DNA of 64,000 nt. Origin: Heptranchias perlo. Taxonomy: Eukaryota. Within the stretch, counting starts at the first letter, position 1, and the number at the start of each line of letters is the position of its first letter. Under the pieces are notes generated by a model. That model did no database searches. It was given only the letters and a program-made list of their open reading frames with translations, and was not told the origin of the DNA. The stretch covers positions 94,054,001 through 94,118,000 of the forward strand of contig NC_090327.1 of the NCBI RefSeq assembly GCF_035084215.1, read 5' to 3'. A program made the translations under genes and the position numbers. Positions 11,496-24,180 of this stretch are shown piece after piece.

Positions 11496-12894
11496 GTTAA
11501 CCTCTATTCCTCTCAGTGTTCTCTGAAGCACTACTGGTCACTTTATGAATCGTTCCAATACTACATCATTTAAGCCACTAGCAGTTTTTTTTATGCAAGC
11601 TAAGCCATTAGACTGTGGTCATTTTAAATGTAATAACCAGAGAGAGATTGCTGGTCAAAATCATTCAGAACAAAAAATAAACAGGATTTGTATTGCAAAT
11701 TATTCCAGCCAGGAGCAGAAACTAAAAGATGTCCAAGACATCTGATCTGTTAATGCAATTTATTTGGAAGGCAGCAGATACTTTTCCTGAACTATAAAAC
11801 AGAAGTTTCCCCAGCTGATTTATTTCCACAATTTGTTTGATGATTTCTACAGATATGCTTGGCCATGGATAATGTAAACCTAAGTTCCATCACATTAAGA
11901 AGAGATAGTCATATTTTGTAGCACAAATGCACAGTTCATACGTAGATAATGGGAAGTAGTTTATTGACAAGCAAGTCATAAAATTCACAATCCTGAAGAA
12001 TGAATGGGTTGTGTAAGTTGTCACTTGAATCTCTTAGGAAAAGGCCATTAGATAACTGCATTTTATTGATACTATATATTGTGTGTTTTCTAGTTAAAGT
12101 TTTTGAAAACAATAAAGATACACTTATTTTGGGCAAAATGCTTCCTGCAAAGGTTAGCATTGATTGAAGCCTATCTTATGCAAGAAACGTACAATGCTGT
12201 ACTGATCGTCAAGTCTCAGTCTGATCTCGGGAAGAGATGTGAAGGAGGGGAACTAAGGCATCAAAATGAATGAAGAAATAGCAGGTTAAAATCTAGATGA
12301 ATCACCATGAAAGAAAAGGGATTGATGGAAAATATAGAACAAACTGACCTCGAGTTTGAGCTATATAGCACAACAAAGCCTGTGTCTTGACAATTAAAAT
12401 CATTCTAAAAGAAATAAACCATTACTCTGAGGCCACATTTGCGTTACATGGATAGACTTTCAAAAAGAGTAAAAACACACAATGCAAGAAATGTCCATTT
12501 GTATATAATCTCTCCCAAGATCATTATAAGTACCTGAAAGAGAATTTGTCCAGCCTACTTAACAAAAAAGGGATATTTGGCCAACATTTCTGTTAAATTT
12601 ACACAGCACATTTTTTTGCAGCAATGATTGTAGACACATTTCATGATTAACGTATAAAACCCAGAAAAATCATCCCTTTGAAGCATGCTATCCAACCTCA
12701 CCATAACAGCTCCTAACCAGACTGTGTACCAGTGACTAAGAGACAATGGCATTAATGCAAATAATATGGGCTGTCCACCATTTTGATTGAAGTCTTCTGT
12801 GGATACTGTGTGCTGAACAGATGAAGCAGCTGATCAGTGTACAATAGACCAAGGCTCTGTACTGACAGATGAATTCCATTCTCAACAAACAATG

Positions 12895-13645
12895 AAAGCC
12901 ACAAACTCCGTTTCCTAGCCACCGACTTCATCCTTCTCCCTGGCCACTGTGTGAGGCTGAATCAGACCGCTCACAAACTTAGCGTCCTATTTGACCCTGA
13001 GATGAGCTCCTTACCACTTTTTCACTCCATCACCATCTCCGTGACATCGCCTGTCTCTGCCCCTGCCTCAGCTCATCTGCTGCTGAAATCCTCATCCATG
13101 CCAGTGTTACCTCTAGACTTGACTATTCCAATTCTCTTCTGGCCGGCCTCCCATCTCCCACCCTCGATAAGCTCATCCAAAATTCTAATCCTAACTCGCA
13201 CCAAGTCCTCTGTGCGCGCTGACCTACACCGGCTCCCAGTCCGGCAATGTCTCAATTTGAAAATGTTCATCCTTGTTTTCAAATCACTCCATGGCCTCGT
13301 CCCTCCCTATCTCTGTAACCTCCTCCAGCCTTACAACCCTCTGAGGTCTCTGTGCTCTTCCAATTTTTGCCTCTCGCGCAGCACCAATTTTAATCGCTCC
13401 ACCATTGGCGGCCATGCCTTCAGCTGCCTAGGCCCTAAGCTCTGGAAGTCCCTCCCTAAACCTCTCCGCCTCTCTATCTCCTTTAAGAAGCTCCTTAAAA
13501 TCTACCTCTTAGACCAAGCTTTTGGTCACCTATCCTAATATCTCCTTATGTAGTGCAGTGTCAAATTTTGTTTGATAACACTCCTGTGAAGCGCCTTGGG
13601 ATGTTTTACTATGTTAAAGATGCTTATATAAATGCAAGTTTTTGT
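12895..13645 (+). mobile_element. L2 LINE 3' fragment
   Basis: LHRLPV...ILVFKSLHGLVPPYL...AFSCLGPKLWKSLP...FKKLLKIYL; 3' end tgtgaagcgccttgggatg...tatataaatgcaagtt. Confidence 0.88.
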
Positions 13646-14994
13646 CGTTGTCAACTGAGGATATAATGAAGTGCTTGCCAAATGTCCACTAACTGTTTGG
13701 CTCACAGTACAAAGACATAACAGCATTAGTGACAGCAACATGTGACGAAGGACTTCAATGTAACTACCATTGTGTTTTCAACTACCCTTCATGAACATCA
13801 TACAGTGAGACTTAAAACAAACCTACTGCTGTGAGCCAGTTTTACAGACAGCATTCCAAATGATAATAGCCCCAACAACATGGAACTTGGAACCACAAAG
13901 GATAAATTCTCTAGTTAATTCTCTCTGAGGTTACAGAACATACCCATGAGCCATAATACAAGCATGACCTCAGGTTGTTTTATCAGCACTATTATGACAA
14001 TAATGCTAGGTCCGCTGTGCTTTATGCTAGAAAAGTAGAATGAGAGCTGTTTAAAAGCAGGAGGTAAGATGAGTGCTTTCATCACCTCGAGGTCCCCCAG
14101 TGCACAATAAAACATGCTGGACCATTCATTGTAACTAGTAGATAAAAAAAATTCATTGTGACTCAAGTGCTGAGCTATAATAGGAATGTGTACTAGGCAT
14201 GCGGGCTTTAGTCGTGCATTAGCAGCCACTCTTGGACAAGTACATTACTCTCTCGTGATGAAGGCTGTACTGTATCAAACACATGATTTTAAAAAAAAAC
14301 TTAAATTGGCCTGTGACGTTCTGACTCTTTTAGTCACACTGTTAATAAAACTTCATTTTATTAGTTATTCAAATTTTTGGAAACCAGGTGAAGTTCTGCA
14401 CCAGTTTCAGCCTATCAAAGAAGATAAGATCTATGTAAAAGATGCAGCAATTTTCTACAAAAAAGTCAAAATCCCCATTCTCCACAGTACCATTGTGATC
14501 TTTAGGCAAGGCAAAATACTAACCATTAGAACATTTTCCAGAACGAAAGTTACAATGCAGCTTTTCACTGCTCCAATAATCGGCTGTATTAATTGCAATA
14601 CTGGGTCTAATCAAATACAGCACTAAGTTCTCAATGATGAAAACACTAAACTGAAAAAGAATGTCAAGTTCTATGATGCGACAGATGCCAACTGACACTA
14701 AGGAGCAACCTGTATGACCAGAATTAAATTTTGTATTTGTTTATTTTAAATAATTTCTAGATTAACCTTCACTGAATTTTAGGTGATTTTTTGTTCAAAC
14801 CTATACATCAGAGATAGGATAATCAGCAAGACATTCTTTTTGCCTTTGGTTTAAAAAAAAAGAAAATTATCCTGGAATTTACATTTTTGAAAGTAAAAGT
14901 GACCAGACTTTTTGAAAGTTAATGTGCAGTACCTGAAACTATAAAAATGAGTCATGCTCATGGAATTCCTTACATGATTTGAGCTGATAGGGAG

Positions 14995-15850
14995 ACAAGA
15001 AGGAACTTCCATTTATATAGTATATTTCACGACCTCAGGACGTACCAAAGCACTTCACAGCCAATTAAGTACTTTTGAAGTCTAGTCATTGTTGTAATGT
15101 AGGGAAACGTAGCAGCCAATTTGCACAGCAAGGTCTCAAAAACAGCAATGAGATAAATCTGTTTTAGTGATGTTGGTTGAGGGATAAATGTTGACCAGGG
15201 CACCCGGAAATATGGGTCAGCTGGCCAGATTGAGAGGCTGGCTGGTTGCCGGACGGGATCCTAAGGACGGTCCCTGACAATCAAGATGATTAGTTGTGGG
15301 GGGGTGGCGGGGGGGGGGGAACTCAGTACATGGCAGCGGGAGACTTTCGGTGGGGTGGGGGTGGGGGATGACGGGTTGGCGGATCGTGTGGGGGGGGCGG
15401 AGCAGCTGGCTGATCATGGGAGGGAGAGATAGCGGCAGTAGGTTTGCTTTGGGGGCTGTGAGGAAGCACTCCTGCTCCTCCTAGCCGACTTGCCTCCCTT
15501 CAGCTGCCGGTTTCCCAAAGCTCTGGGAAACCCAGCTGGCCAGCGTTAAATTTAAATGGCTGCCAAGATTTGAAGAAGGCAGCCTCATTAACATATTAAA
15601 ATCACTGACCCACCTCCCCAGAGCGGGTTATGCAGCCGCCCCCAACCCGCCATGGTAAAACCAGAAGTAGGTGCGCTCGCGGCTGGTTGGGGTAGGGTTT
15701 CACATTTTTAGCAATTTGTCCCCCGACCCTCTCCTGCCAGTCACAGGGGGCTTAAAATTCCCCCTTATATGTCGAAGTATCTGGAGTGGTTTTTGAACCC
15801 ACAACTTCTGAATCAGAAGTGAGAGTGCTACCACTGAGCCATGGCTGACG
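14995..15850 (-). mobile_element. SINE split by a GC-rich insert (tail 14995-15208, head ~15770-15850)
   Basis: Both halves match the 11045-11495 SINE; the middle is replaced by unrelated GC-rich sequence. Confidence 0.8.
15212..15765. repeat. GC-rich unclassified interspersed repeat (possible non-autonomous DNA transposon fragment)
   Basis: Abrupt GC shift, ends ttaaaattcccc; similar termini at ~620-632 (ttaaattctcccc) and ~40212-40223 (ttaaaatctaccc). Confidence 0.45.
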
Positions 15851-18334
15851 CCTACAGTTACAGAAATCATTCAAAAAGCACTGAAAATCTGTGCCAACGG
15901 ACACTCTTTGGATCTTGTAAAACACTGTATTATGGACATACTTTGAGACAGCAACACGATACAAACATACACATAATGTGCCAACAGATCAACATGTCAG
16001 AATAGCATAGCACACTGGAGAACTTGTGCCCATCACTCCATCATGAGGTGGCAGTACACTGTTTCTATCCACCAAGGTCACAAACTTCCAGATTTCAGCA
16101 ATGCTACTGTTGGAGATGTTGGCATCTCCCAAAGACAGGAAGAGGGACAAGAAAATAAAGTGTGAAAGAATACCATCCCAAGACCATTTGCATGCTTTTC
16201 AAGCAGCTGGTTTACAGCAGCAGTGACAAATACCGACAAGCAGGTCCTTGCCTCTCTGCCATAGATACTGCATTGTTTAAAGGGGAAACAAGTGAGATAT
16301 GATTTTATTCCTTCAAAAACGAATCAAAAAATAAAACAAGACAATAACTCTACACATGATGCCAAGAACCATTCCACATGGGAAGGAGTGATAGACATGG
16401 CATTACTAGATTCCTTTGGGGCAGCAGAAAATCCAAAATTCAATGTCACAACTATCTGCTTACAAAATATAATTCAGTACCAAATGTATCAGATTGATCA
16501 AAATTGCTTGTTTTGTAGATTATATTGCAACTGCTAGTTTGGCAATATCGAAAAGTAGACCTTTCATCTTGCTATTGCACATTCCGTTGTTACTGGGCAA
16601 GGCCAAAACCCAGCATTGAGCAGTACAGGCCAACCCAAAAAAAATCAAATGTAATTACATGACTGAGTGGCTTTCAGAAATGAAGGGTCACACTGGACAA
16701 ATCCAGCCTGTAATAGGCTCTATAGTGTGTATGGCAAAAGGTGAGAATCAGATTGGACAATTTCTAAGCCATGTTGCGTTCAACAGGTAAAAATCTAAAT
16801 CCATTCCTGTTTTCTCTGTTGCAGCAAGCTTAACGGCACATTGAATTAAGAGGAATGTAGCCACAGGGCTAGATACAGGTGCCTTGGTTCAACGTCTCAT
16901 CCGATAATACAGCACTTCCTCTGTACTGGTTTCAAGTCGAGAAAAAGTGAATGTGGTAATAACATGCTGCCTCTAGAGGTCTTCAGCAATCTCTAAACAT
17001 TTATCTAAATATATAATTAGAAATTATGCTTCTTATCTAGTGCATATCTATTTTTGGGGGGGAGCACACCTCAAAAGTGCCAGTCATACTCAAAACTATC
17101 TGTAGGACAAAAAAAGTTGTAGCTGGCTCAAATATGTATCAATTTTTAGAAAAAATTACAAACTGCTATTGGCAAGCATAGCAAATAACCCATTGACTAA
17201 ATGCAAAGGAACAAAAAACCACTTCCATTCAATAAACAGCTAGAAAAAACTATCAACCAGCAATTATCAAATAAAATCCTAAATTGCGCACAAACATTTT
17301 TCAAAGTCATTTCAATATCTATGTTGCTTTCCAACCAACCTTAGTATATATTCTTAACAACTAAATTTAAGACCGAATAATTACATTAAAAACTACACCT
17401 CACCCAGATATGCTTCCTTTTTACGTTAGAGCTCCTGGCACCAACATTCCTCCTTCCCTTTCTCTGGGGCTTAGGTCTTCAATGCTGCCGCATTCTTGGA
17501 GTGAACAGTCTTGCATCCCTTACCGGTACTTCCAACACTCCATGTATACACAAACTCAGTGCGCTCGATACCTCTTTTGGAGCCTCTGGGCATGCACTGT
17601 CACTCGGTGCCAGCTACCATATACATAAACTGGGCCCCATCCTGTCCACTGAGCTTCACTAGACTCCTTCTAAGGCTGCTAGCATTCCTGCTATGCTCCC
17701 AATTTCCACAAAATTAGTATTAAATCTTCCCTCTGATTGGTTTATGGACATTTGATAATCTTTGCAATTCTGCTGGCCCATCATGGGTTCCAAATCAGCC
17801 ACTAAAATTCTATGTCATTCTATGTAATATTTTTGTCCCTGAGTACCACCACAAGACATTAACTTAATGTATAATGCTGAGTTATTAGGTATTATGGTTA
17901 CATGATTCATTGTGCGTTTCATACTGCAACAGCCCTATTATTATAAAGCACCATGAGCATTTATTGAACTTACCAATATACTAGTACAAAAATTACAACA
18001 AAACACTGGTCCCATTTGGATCTTTATTATGAACATATAGCAAAGGAATTGAGGAGTAACACTACGAGCTGACCATTACAAGCTGCTTATTGCCATGCGA
18101 CAACCATTTGTCCCCTCTATGACCGGGTGCTTGGAATGTCAACACCTATATTGTTAGATCTAATCACTAACAATTATATGTGTGGTAAAACACCACAATC
18201 AGTTCCAGTAGGATGACAAAACCTGTAATAAATGTCAAGGCATTCAACAACCTGACATCATCACAGTGGGAGCACTTGCTCTAGTATTTTGACCACAGAA
18301 ACTACATTCACAGTAGAATCAAAACAACTGCGGT

Positions 18335-18470
18335 TACAATGAAATAAAAGCAAAGATGCTGGATGCTCTTACAACATCCAAAAGAGGAAGATAGGCTAAT
18401 GTTTTGGGTGAGATCCTTCACCCTCAAAGACATTACCTGTGCAATTCTCATTTTATTTCAGTTCTCCATT
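18335..18470. mobile_element. Very old palindromic PLE-tail remnant
   Basis: tgaaataaaagcaaagatgctgga ... ttttatttca inverted ends resembling the family B tail; HHR core no longer intact. Confidence 0.35.
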
Positions 18471-18892
18471 ATTCTGAGTGTTTCCTTTTACCAACTGTGG
18501 CTACAATGTTGTAAGTGTCCCTCACCTACATTAAACACCCAGTATTAGTCAGTCCATACCATGGACCTGCTATCTTTCACTACATAACCCTTATGAGGTC
18601 ACTTTCCACAGGCTATACCTACGCTGCATACATCTACAGAAAGCGCCACGTGGATTTTTGCTTGGACCAGGAATTAGTGGGCTGCTTATAAATAGATTGT
18701 TTAGTAATGAAGTAGTTAATGAAGGTTCAACGTACTGCATCATAAAACATCATACACAGTGGTACCAATAATGTATATATCATGAGAGTGAAAGTGGCTG
18801 CAGGCAATCAGTTAATAATAATTCCAGATGCTATGCTTTGCATTGAAGCAGAACATAGCTTTCATTCCATGCTAAATGCTTATTGAGCTCAA

Positions 18893-20493
18893 AGAGAAAA
18901 ATATATGGTTTTAGCAGGCCTAAAAATGGATAAATCCCCAGGCCCGGACGAAATATATCCCAGGCTACTGTGTGAGGCAAAGGAGGAGATTGCGGGGGCT
19001 CTGACACATATATTCAGAACCTCTCTGGCCACAGGGGATGTGCCAGAGGACTGGAGAACCGCTAATGTAATACCATTATTCAAGAAGGGGAGTAGGGAAA
19101 AACCGGGGAACTACAGGCCAGTGAGCCTAACATCAGTGGTAGGAAAATTATTGGAAAAAATTCTGAAGGACAAAATTAGTCTCCACTTGGAGAAGCAAGG
19201 ATTAATCAGGGATAGTCAACATGGCTTTGTCAAGGGAAGATCATGTCTGACTAATTTGATTGAATTTTTTGAGGGGGTGACTAGGCGTGTGGATGAGGGT
19301 AACGCAGTGGATGTGGTATACATGGATTTCAGTAAGGCCTTCGATAAAGTCCCCCACAGGAGACTGGTCAAGAAGGTACGAGCCCATGGAATCCAGGGTG
19401 CCTTGGCACTTTGGATACAAAACTGGCTTAGTGGCAGAAGGCAGAGGGTGATGGTCGAAGGTTGTTTTTGTGACTGCAAGCCTGTGGCCAGTGGGGTACC
19501 ACAGGGATCGGTGCTGGGTCCCTTGCTGTTTGTGGTCTACATTAATGACTTGGATATGAATGTAAAAGGTATGATCAGTAAGTTCGCTGATGATACAAAA
19601 ATTGGTAGGGTGGTAAATAGCGAGGAGGATAGCCTCAGTCTGCAGGACGATATAGATGGGTTGGTCAGATGGGCGGAACAGTGGCAAATGGAATTTAACC
19701 CGGAAAAGTGCGAGGTGATGCACTTTGGAGGGACTAACAAGGCAAGGGAATACACAATGAATGGGAGGACCCTAGGCAAGACAGAGGGTCAGAGGGATCT
19801 TGGTGTGCAAGTTCACAGATCCCTGAAGGCGGCGGAACAGGTAGATAAGGTGGTAAAGAAGGCATATGGGATACTTGCCTTTATTAGCCGAGGCATAGAA
19901 TATAAGAGCAAGGAGGTTATGATGGAGCTGTATAAAACACTGGTTAGGCCACAGCTGGAGTACTGTGTGCAGTTCTGGTCGCCACACTACAGGAAGGATG
20001 TGATCGCTTTGGAGAGGGTGCAGAGGAGATTCACCAGGATGTTACCAGGGCTGGAGCGCTTCAGCTATGAAGAGAGACTGGGAAGATTGGGTTTGTTTTC
20101 CTTGGAGCAGAGGAGGCTGAGGGGGGACATGATTGAGGTGTACAAAATTATGAGGGGCACAGATAGGATGGATACTGAGGAGCTTTTTCCCTTCGTTGAG
20201 GGTTCTATAACAAGGGGACATAGATTCAAGGTAAAAGGCGGGAGGTTTAGAGGGGATTTGAGAAATAACTTTTTCACCCAGAGGGTGGTTGGAGTCTGGA
20301 ACTCACTGCCTGAAAGGGTTGTGGAGGCAGGAACCCTCAACATTCAAGAAGCATTTGGATGAGCACTTGAAATGCCATAGCATACAAGGCTACGGACCAA
20401 ATGCTGGAATATGGGATTAGAGTAGACAGGGCTGATGGCCGGCGCGGACACGATGGGCCGAAGGGCCTCTATCCGTGCTGTATGACTCTATAT
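18893..20493 (+). mobile_element. Young 5'-truncated CR1 LINE
   Basis: Uninterrupted RT ORF, then 3' UTR ending gggccgaagggcctctatccgtgctgtatgactctat. Confidence 0.96.
18905..20362 (+). CDS. CR1 ORF2 reverse transcriptase (endonuclease missing; transposon-derived)
   Basis: 485 aa with [56 protein letters not shown] and WNSLP; small frameshift in the last ~10 codons. Confidence 0.93.
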   Translation: MVLAGLKMDKSPGPDEIYPRLLCEAKEEIAGALTHIFRTSLATGDVPEDWRTANVIPLFKKGSREKPGNYRPVSLTSVVGKLLEKILKDKISLHLEKQGLIRDSQHGFVKGRSCLTNLIEFFEGVTRRVDEGNAVDVVYMDFSKAFDKVPHRRLVKKVRAHGIQGALALWIQNWLSGRRQRVMVEGCFCDCKPVASGVPQGSVLGPLLFVVYINDLDMNVKGMISKFADDTKIGRVVNSEEDSLSLQDDIDGLVRWAEQWQMEFNPEKCEVMHFGGTNKAREYTMNGRTLGKTEGQRDLGVQVHRSLKAAEQVDKVVKKAYGILAFISRGIEYKSKEVMMELYKTLVRPQLEYCVQFWSPHYRKDVIALERVQRRFTRMLPGLERFSYEERLGRLGLFSLEQRRLRGDMIEVYKIMRGTDRMDTEELFPFVEGSITRGHRFKVKGGRFRGDLRNNFFTQRVVGVWNSLPERVVEAGTLNIQEAFG

Positions 20494-20569
20494 CATGCAG
20501 TTGGCTGAAATATGCAATATTTTTGTTTCTCCACCAAACGGTAAAACGTAAATGTAGCTTAATAATTTT

Positions 20570-20722
20570 GGGGGGGGGGGGGGGGGGGAAAGAGACAGAA
20601 TGAGCGAGAGCACTCACGAAGCGAGAAATTAAGAGAGAGGACAAAGAGTGAAGACAAAGAGATAGAAAAGTAAGAAAGAGCAGAAAAGAGCTAAGGGGCA
20701 AGAGCTAAAAGGGACAGTGAGG
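20570..20722. repeat. Poly-G run and purine-rich low-complexity tract
   Basis: G19 followed by AG-rich simple sequence adjoining a SINE tail. Confidence 0.7.
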
Positions 20723-21123
20723 GAAAAGAATGAATTTCCATTTATAAAGTGCCTTCCATGTACTCCGGATAATCTAAAACACTTCACAGCCCATTAATTA
20801 CTTTTTAAACGTTGTTGTTTATAGGCAAACGTGGAAGCTAATTTGTTTACAGCAAGGTCCCACAAAAAGCACCAAGATAAATGAACAATCAATCAATCTG
20901 ATTTAGCCATGTTATTTGAAGGTTTGCCAGGACACCGGGAGAATACCCTGCCATTGAACCTTTTCCATTCACCTGAATGTCTCATCTAATAGAAGGCATC
21001 ACCAACGATGCAGTACTCCCTCCACACTGTGCTGAAGTATTAGCTGAGATTACACGCTGAAGTCTTTGAGTGAGGCTTAAATCCACAACCTTCTGACTCA
21101 GGCAAGAGGTGCTACTAAACTGA
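20723..21123 (-). mobile_element. Older SINE copy (same family as 11045)
   Basis: catttataaagtgcc...acagcaaggtcccaca...ccaggacaccgggaga...ccacaaccttctgactcag. Confidence 0.8.
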
Positions 21124-22913
21124 CGAGAAAAATAAGAGATGACAAACTATCTTTTATTAAATTCTTTTAACTGAATAATGGCCTATAAGATCAGTAAGCA
21201 CAAACAAGGGCAAAATAACTTGGTTACAAATATATTTACTACCTTACTTTCCCATCTGGGGGGAAAGAACAAAGTTTTGAACATCATGCTGTAGCTCAAA
21301 AATTTTGCATCTTCCTGCACCAAGTCATTTATAAGTCATCTTTCATCCACTTCTTCAGGTTCTTTCCTCATACTAATTCTCAACCAAAATGGGTGGTCAA
21401 GTGTTGTACTTCCAGGCTACCTAAACAAGTCTGAACTCATTGCTGGTTGGTCAGTGAACATCCAGCAATAATTAATAATGAGAAACATACCCTCCAATTT
21501 TCCCTCAAAGTCTCCATTTGTCACCACCTCAATTGTGCAGATGCAGTGAAATTAAGAAATCTTGGGGAAGATAATTTGAGATTAGAGCCCAAGTAATTTT
21601 TAAATTACAAAAAAAGTGTACAATGACTAACGGAAGTGAACAGTAGTGTTGGCTCAGTGAAGAATCAGAGAACAGGGAATTGTGCCGTGTAAGTAATTTT
21701 TAAAATGCAAACTCAATTCATGGCACACAGGATTCTGGTGGCACTATTTGTGGATTAGCAGCAGTTTTCTAATAACTAGCAGCAGTTTTGTTAATACAGT
21801 GCACTGGAAATGATATGTGCTGTAAACGGATTTCCCCCAAAAAATTTAACTTTTCAGATAATTTAAAAGTAATTGTTTTTCTAAAAGAGGACACTGTAGA
21901 AGTTGTTTTCATTCAGATTCCAGGAGGTCGGCACTTGTGAGCCTGCTCCTGGAACCTACACTACTAAACCCAATCCCCTTACCGAGTCAGACTCATAGGG
22001 CTAGTCTGCCACTGGGATAAGAGAGTCAGTTTTAACAGTGTAAACATCTCATGAATTCCAAACCAAAAGCACCAATATAAAAGTTGCTTTATTTATGATG
22101 CTCTCACTGAACATTGCTTTGCTCCACTTCACCCTCTCCATGTTAACAGACAAATATTTTACATATTCTGTTCAACCACTTCTGCTTTACGTACTTTTCA
22201 TTCATAGAATGTCACCTGACAGTTTATCGCTTAGGCAGCAGTGGAATCAAATGCACACAGCAGCACTAAAAATGCAATTATGTTTCGGTAATCATCATAT
22301 CCCACCCCCTTACCATCAACTTTCCCTGCAAAGTTCATCCCATTACAATTCTGGTCTTAATTCAAACAAAAAAAAATTAAAAGAGAGTCACATCTTCCTG
22401 ACATGTATCCAGAATGCTCTCAGCACAACTGTGCATTGATAATTGCTGTTGTAAGGGAAGATATAGATTCCAACATCTGAGAGCACGTTCAAGGGCATTC
22501 ATACACACTGGGGGTGTTCGGATAATGTGCTGCTCACCCACCAAGTGTATCGCAGCCTTCTAACGTGATCCAAGCAATGGTTATTCTCAATATAAACACC
22601 ATTTAGAAGGAGTTTATATTTAAACCTACATTTAGGTTTCAGCTTCTGAAGATATTAAAAAATTCATTTTCTGCCATTTTGCAATTATTGCAGGTTTGCT
22701 AAACAATGAAAATTATCCAGTCTCAAAAGCTCTAATGTATCAACATCAGGTTGTGTTCAAACATTAAAAAGCTGCACAATAGCTTGAAATACTTGGAGGA
22801 GATAATTGTGGATGTCAATCAACTGCAACCATTGAGGACAATAATCATCTGTTTTGCTGGGAGTCAGCCTCTTCATACTCAAATCCACAGACCAAATCAG
22901 AAGGCAGCAGATC

Positions 22914-23376
22914 AAAAGCAAAATACTGCGGATGCTGGAAATCTGAAATAATGCAATTTACAACCTTTTGGACTCAACACTGATTTCAATAACTTCAGAT
23001 CATAACCACTGCTCCCATTTTTTTGGACAGTAAGTGCTGGTAATGGTTCTGCTGTTGCCATTTACAGCTCCTCTAGACCCATCTTTCATTTCTTTACTTG
23101 TCCCATTACCACCCTCCTTGCCGTACACCATCATCCCTTTTGTCATTTAAGCACTCCTGCCCTCCACCCTATCAGAGACTTTCCCTTTTGTTCTTTCCTC
23201 CCCTCCACTCCACCCTCCTTTTCCAGGCTCTGTACTTGCTTAAAAACTATTTAATCTTCAACTTCTTCCAGTTCTGACGAAAGGTCATCGACCTGAAACG
23301 TTAACTCTGTTTCTTTCTCCACAGATGCTGCCTAACTTGCTGAGTATTTCCAGCATTTTCTGTTTTTATTTCAGAT
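22914..23376 (+). mobile_element. 5'-truncated PLE (family B) with inverted tail
   Basis: TSD ggcagYagatc (22903-22913 / 23377-23387); 22914-22951 is the reverse complement of the family B tail; 22958-23005 encodes LQPFGLNTDFNNFRS* (GIY-YIG end); then pyrimidine-rich 3' UTR and HHR. Confidence 0.88.
23270..23306 (+). ncRNA. Minimal type I hammerhead ribozyme (family B)
   Basis: agtt CTGACGA a AGGTC atc GACCT GAAACGT T aact; differs from 8329 only in loop II. Confidence 0.8.
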
Positions 23377-23939
23377 GGCAGTAGATCTTTGCTTAATCAA
23401 TTACTTTCAGGGAATTATTTTAGCAATTATCAGACCCCTCTGCCTCAAATATTTCTGGAGAAATCGCTGTCTGTGGCTAATAACACTAGCACATATTCTC
23501 TGCTGAATGATACTGTTTTCATGACCAAATCCTTAAGATTGGAAAAAACTTGATAAAACCAGATCATGACCGTACTCAGAGATAGGCTGCTCCTCAAGAA
23601 ACTACACTGTAGCACCCAGCTCATCAGCAAATCTTCACAGCTTTCCCAACTGGAAATGGAGCATGTGATTCCTCTAAAAGAGGAAATTCATCGAGAAAGC
23701 ATCCTTATTTTCAGTCCCCTATCCCCCTCCCCTCCCACCGCACCCCAAAAAATCTGCTGGAAATCAGATGTTTGAGTTTATCAAAGCTGTTGTGAGCATA
23801 CAGCTGTGTGTGTGGCTTCTCAACATGTCACCAAGACTTATTTTCTTTCAAATTTAAAGCAAGGATGTGACAGAACCAATTTACAGGTAGAGTAAAATGC
23901 AACAGCATTTGCTTTCAGTTACTTGGTATTTCAAGATAA

Positions 23940-24180
23940 CTCATAGCATCATAGTAGGTAGAGCACAGGAGGCCACCATTCGGCCCATCGTGCCTGTGCT
24001 GGCTCTTTGAAAGAGCTGTCCAATTAGTCCCATTTCCCTGCTACCCATAGCCCTGTAATTTTTTCCCTTCAAGTATTTATCCAATTCCCTTTGGAAAGTT
24101 ACTATTGAATCTGCTTCCACCACCCTTTCAGGCAGTGCATTCCAGATCATTACAACTCGCTGCGTAAAAAAATTCTTCTT
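23940..24180 (-). mobile_element. CR1 3' end
   Basis: IWNALPERVVEADSIVTFQRELDKYLK plus 3' UTR. Confidence 0.9.

Noticed and set aside
12951-13538. 195-aa ORF as a host gene
   Set aside because: It is a frame-mosaic L2 ORF2 remnant.
14186-14626. 146-aa ORF
   Set aside because: No recognisable domain or convincing splice context; compatible with chance. The same applies to most 60-130 aa ORFs in the track.
19216-20343. Antisense ORFs over the CR1 RT
   Set aside because: Shadow ORFs of the RT coding strand.
21240-21280. Minus-strand microexon (ttctttccccccag|ATGGGAAA|gtaagg)
   Set aside because: 8 nt, frame-breaking, weak donor and no independent support.
21755-21800. ~22-bp tandem duplication (tagcagcagtttt); similar short repeats at ~63670-63700
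   Set aside because: Ordinary slippage duplications with no further structure.
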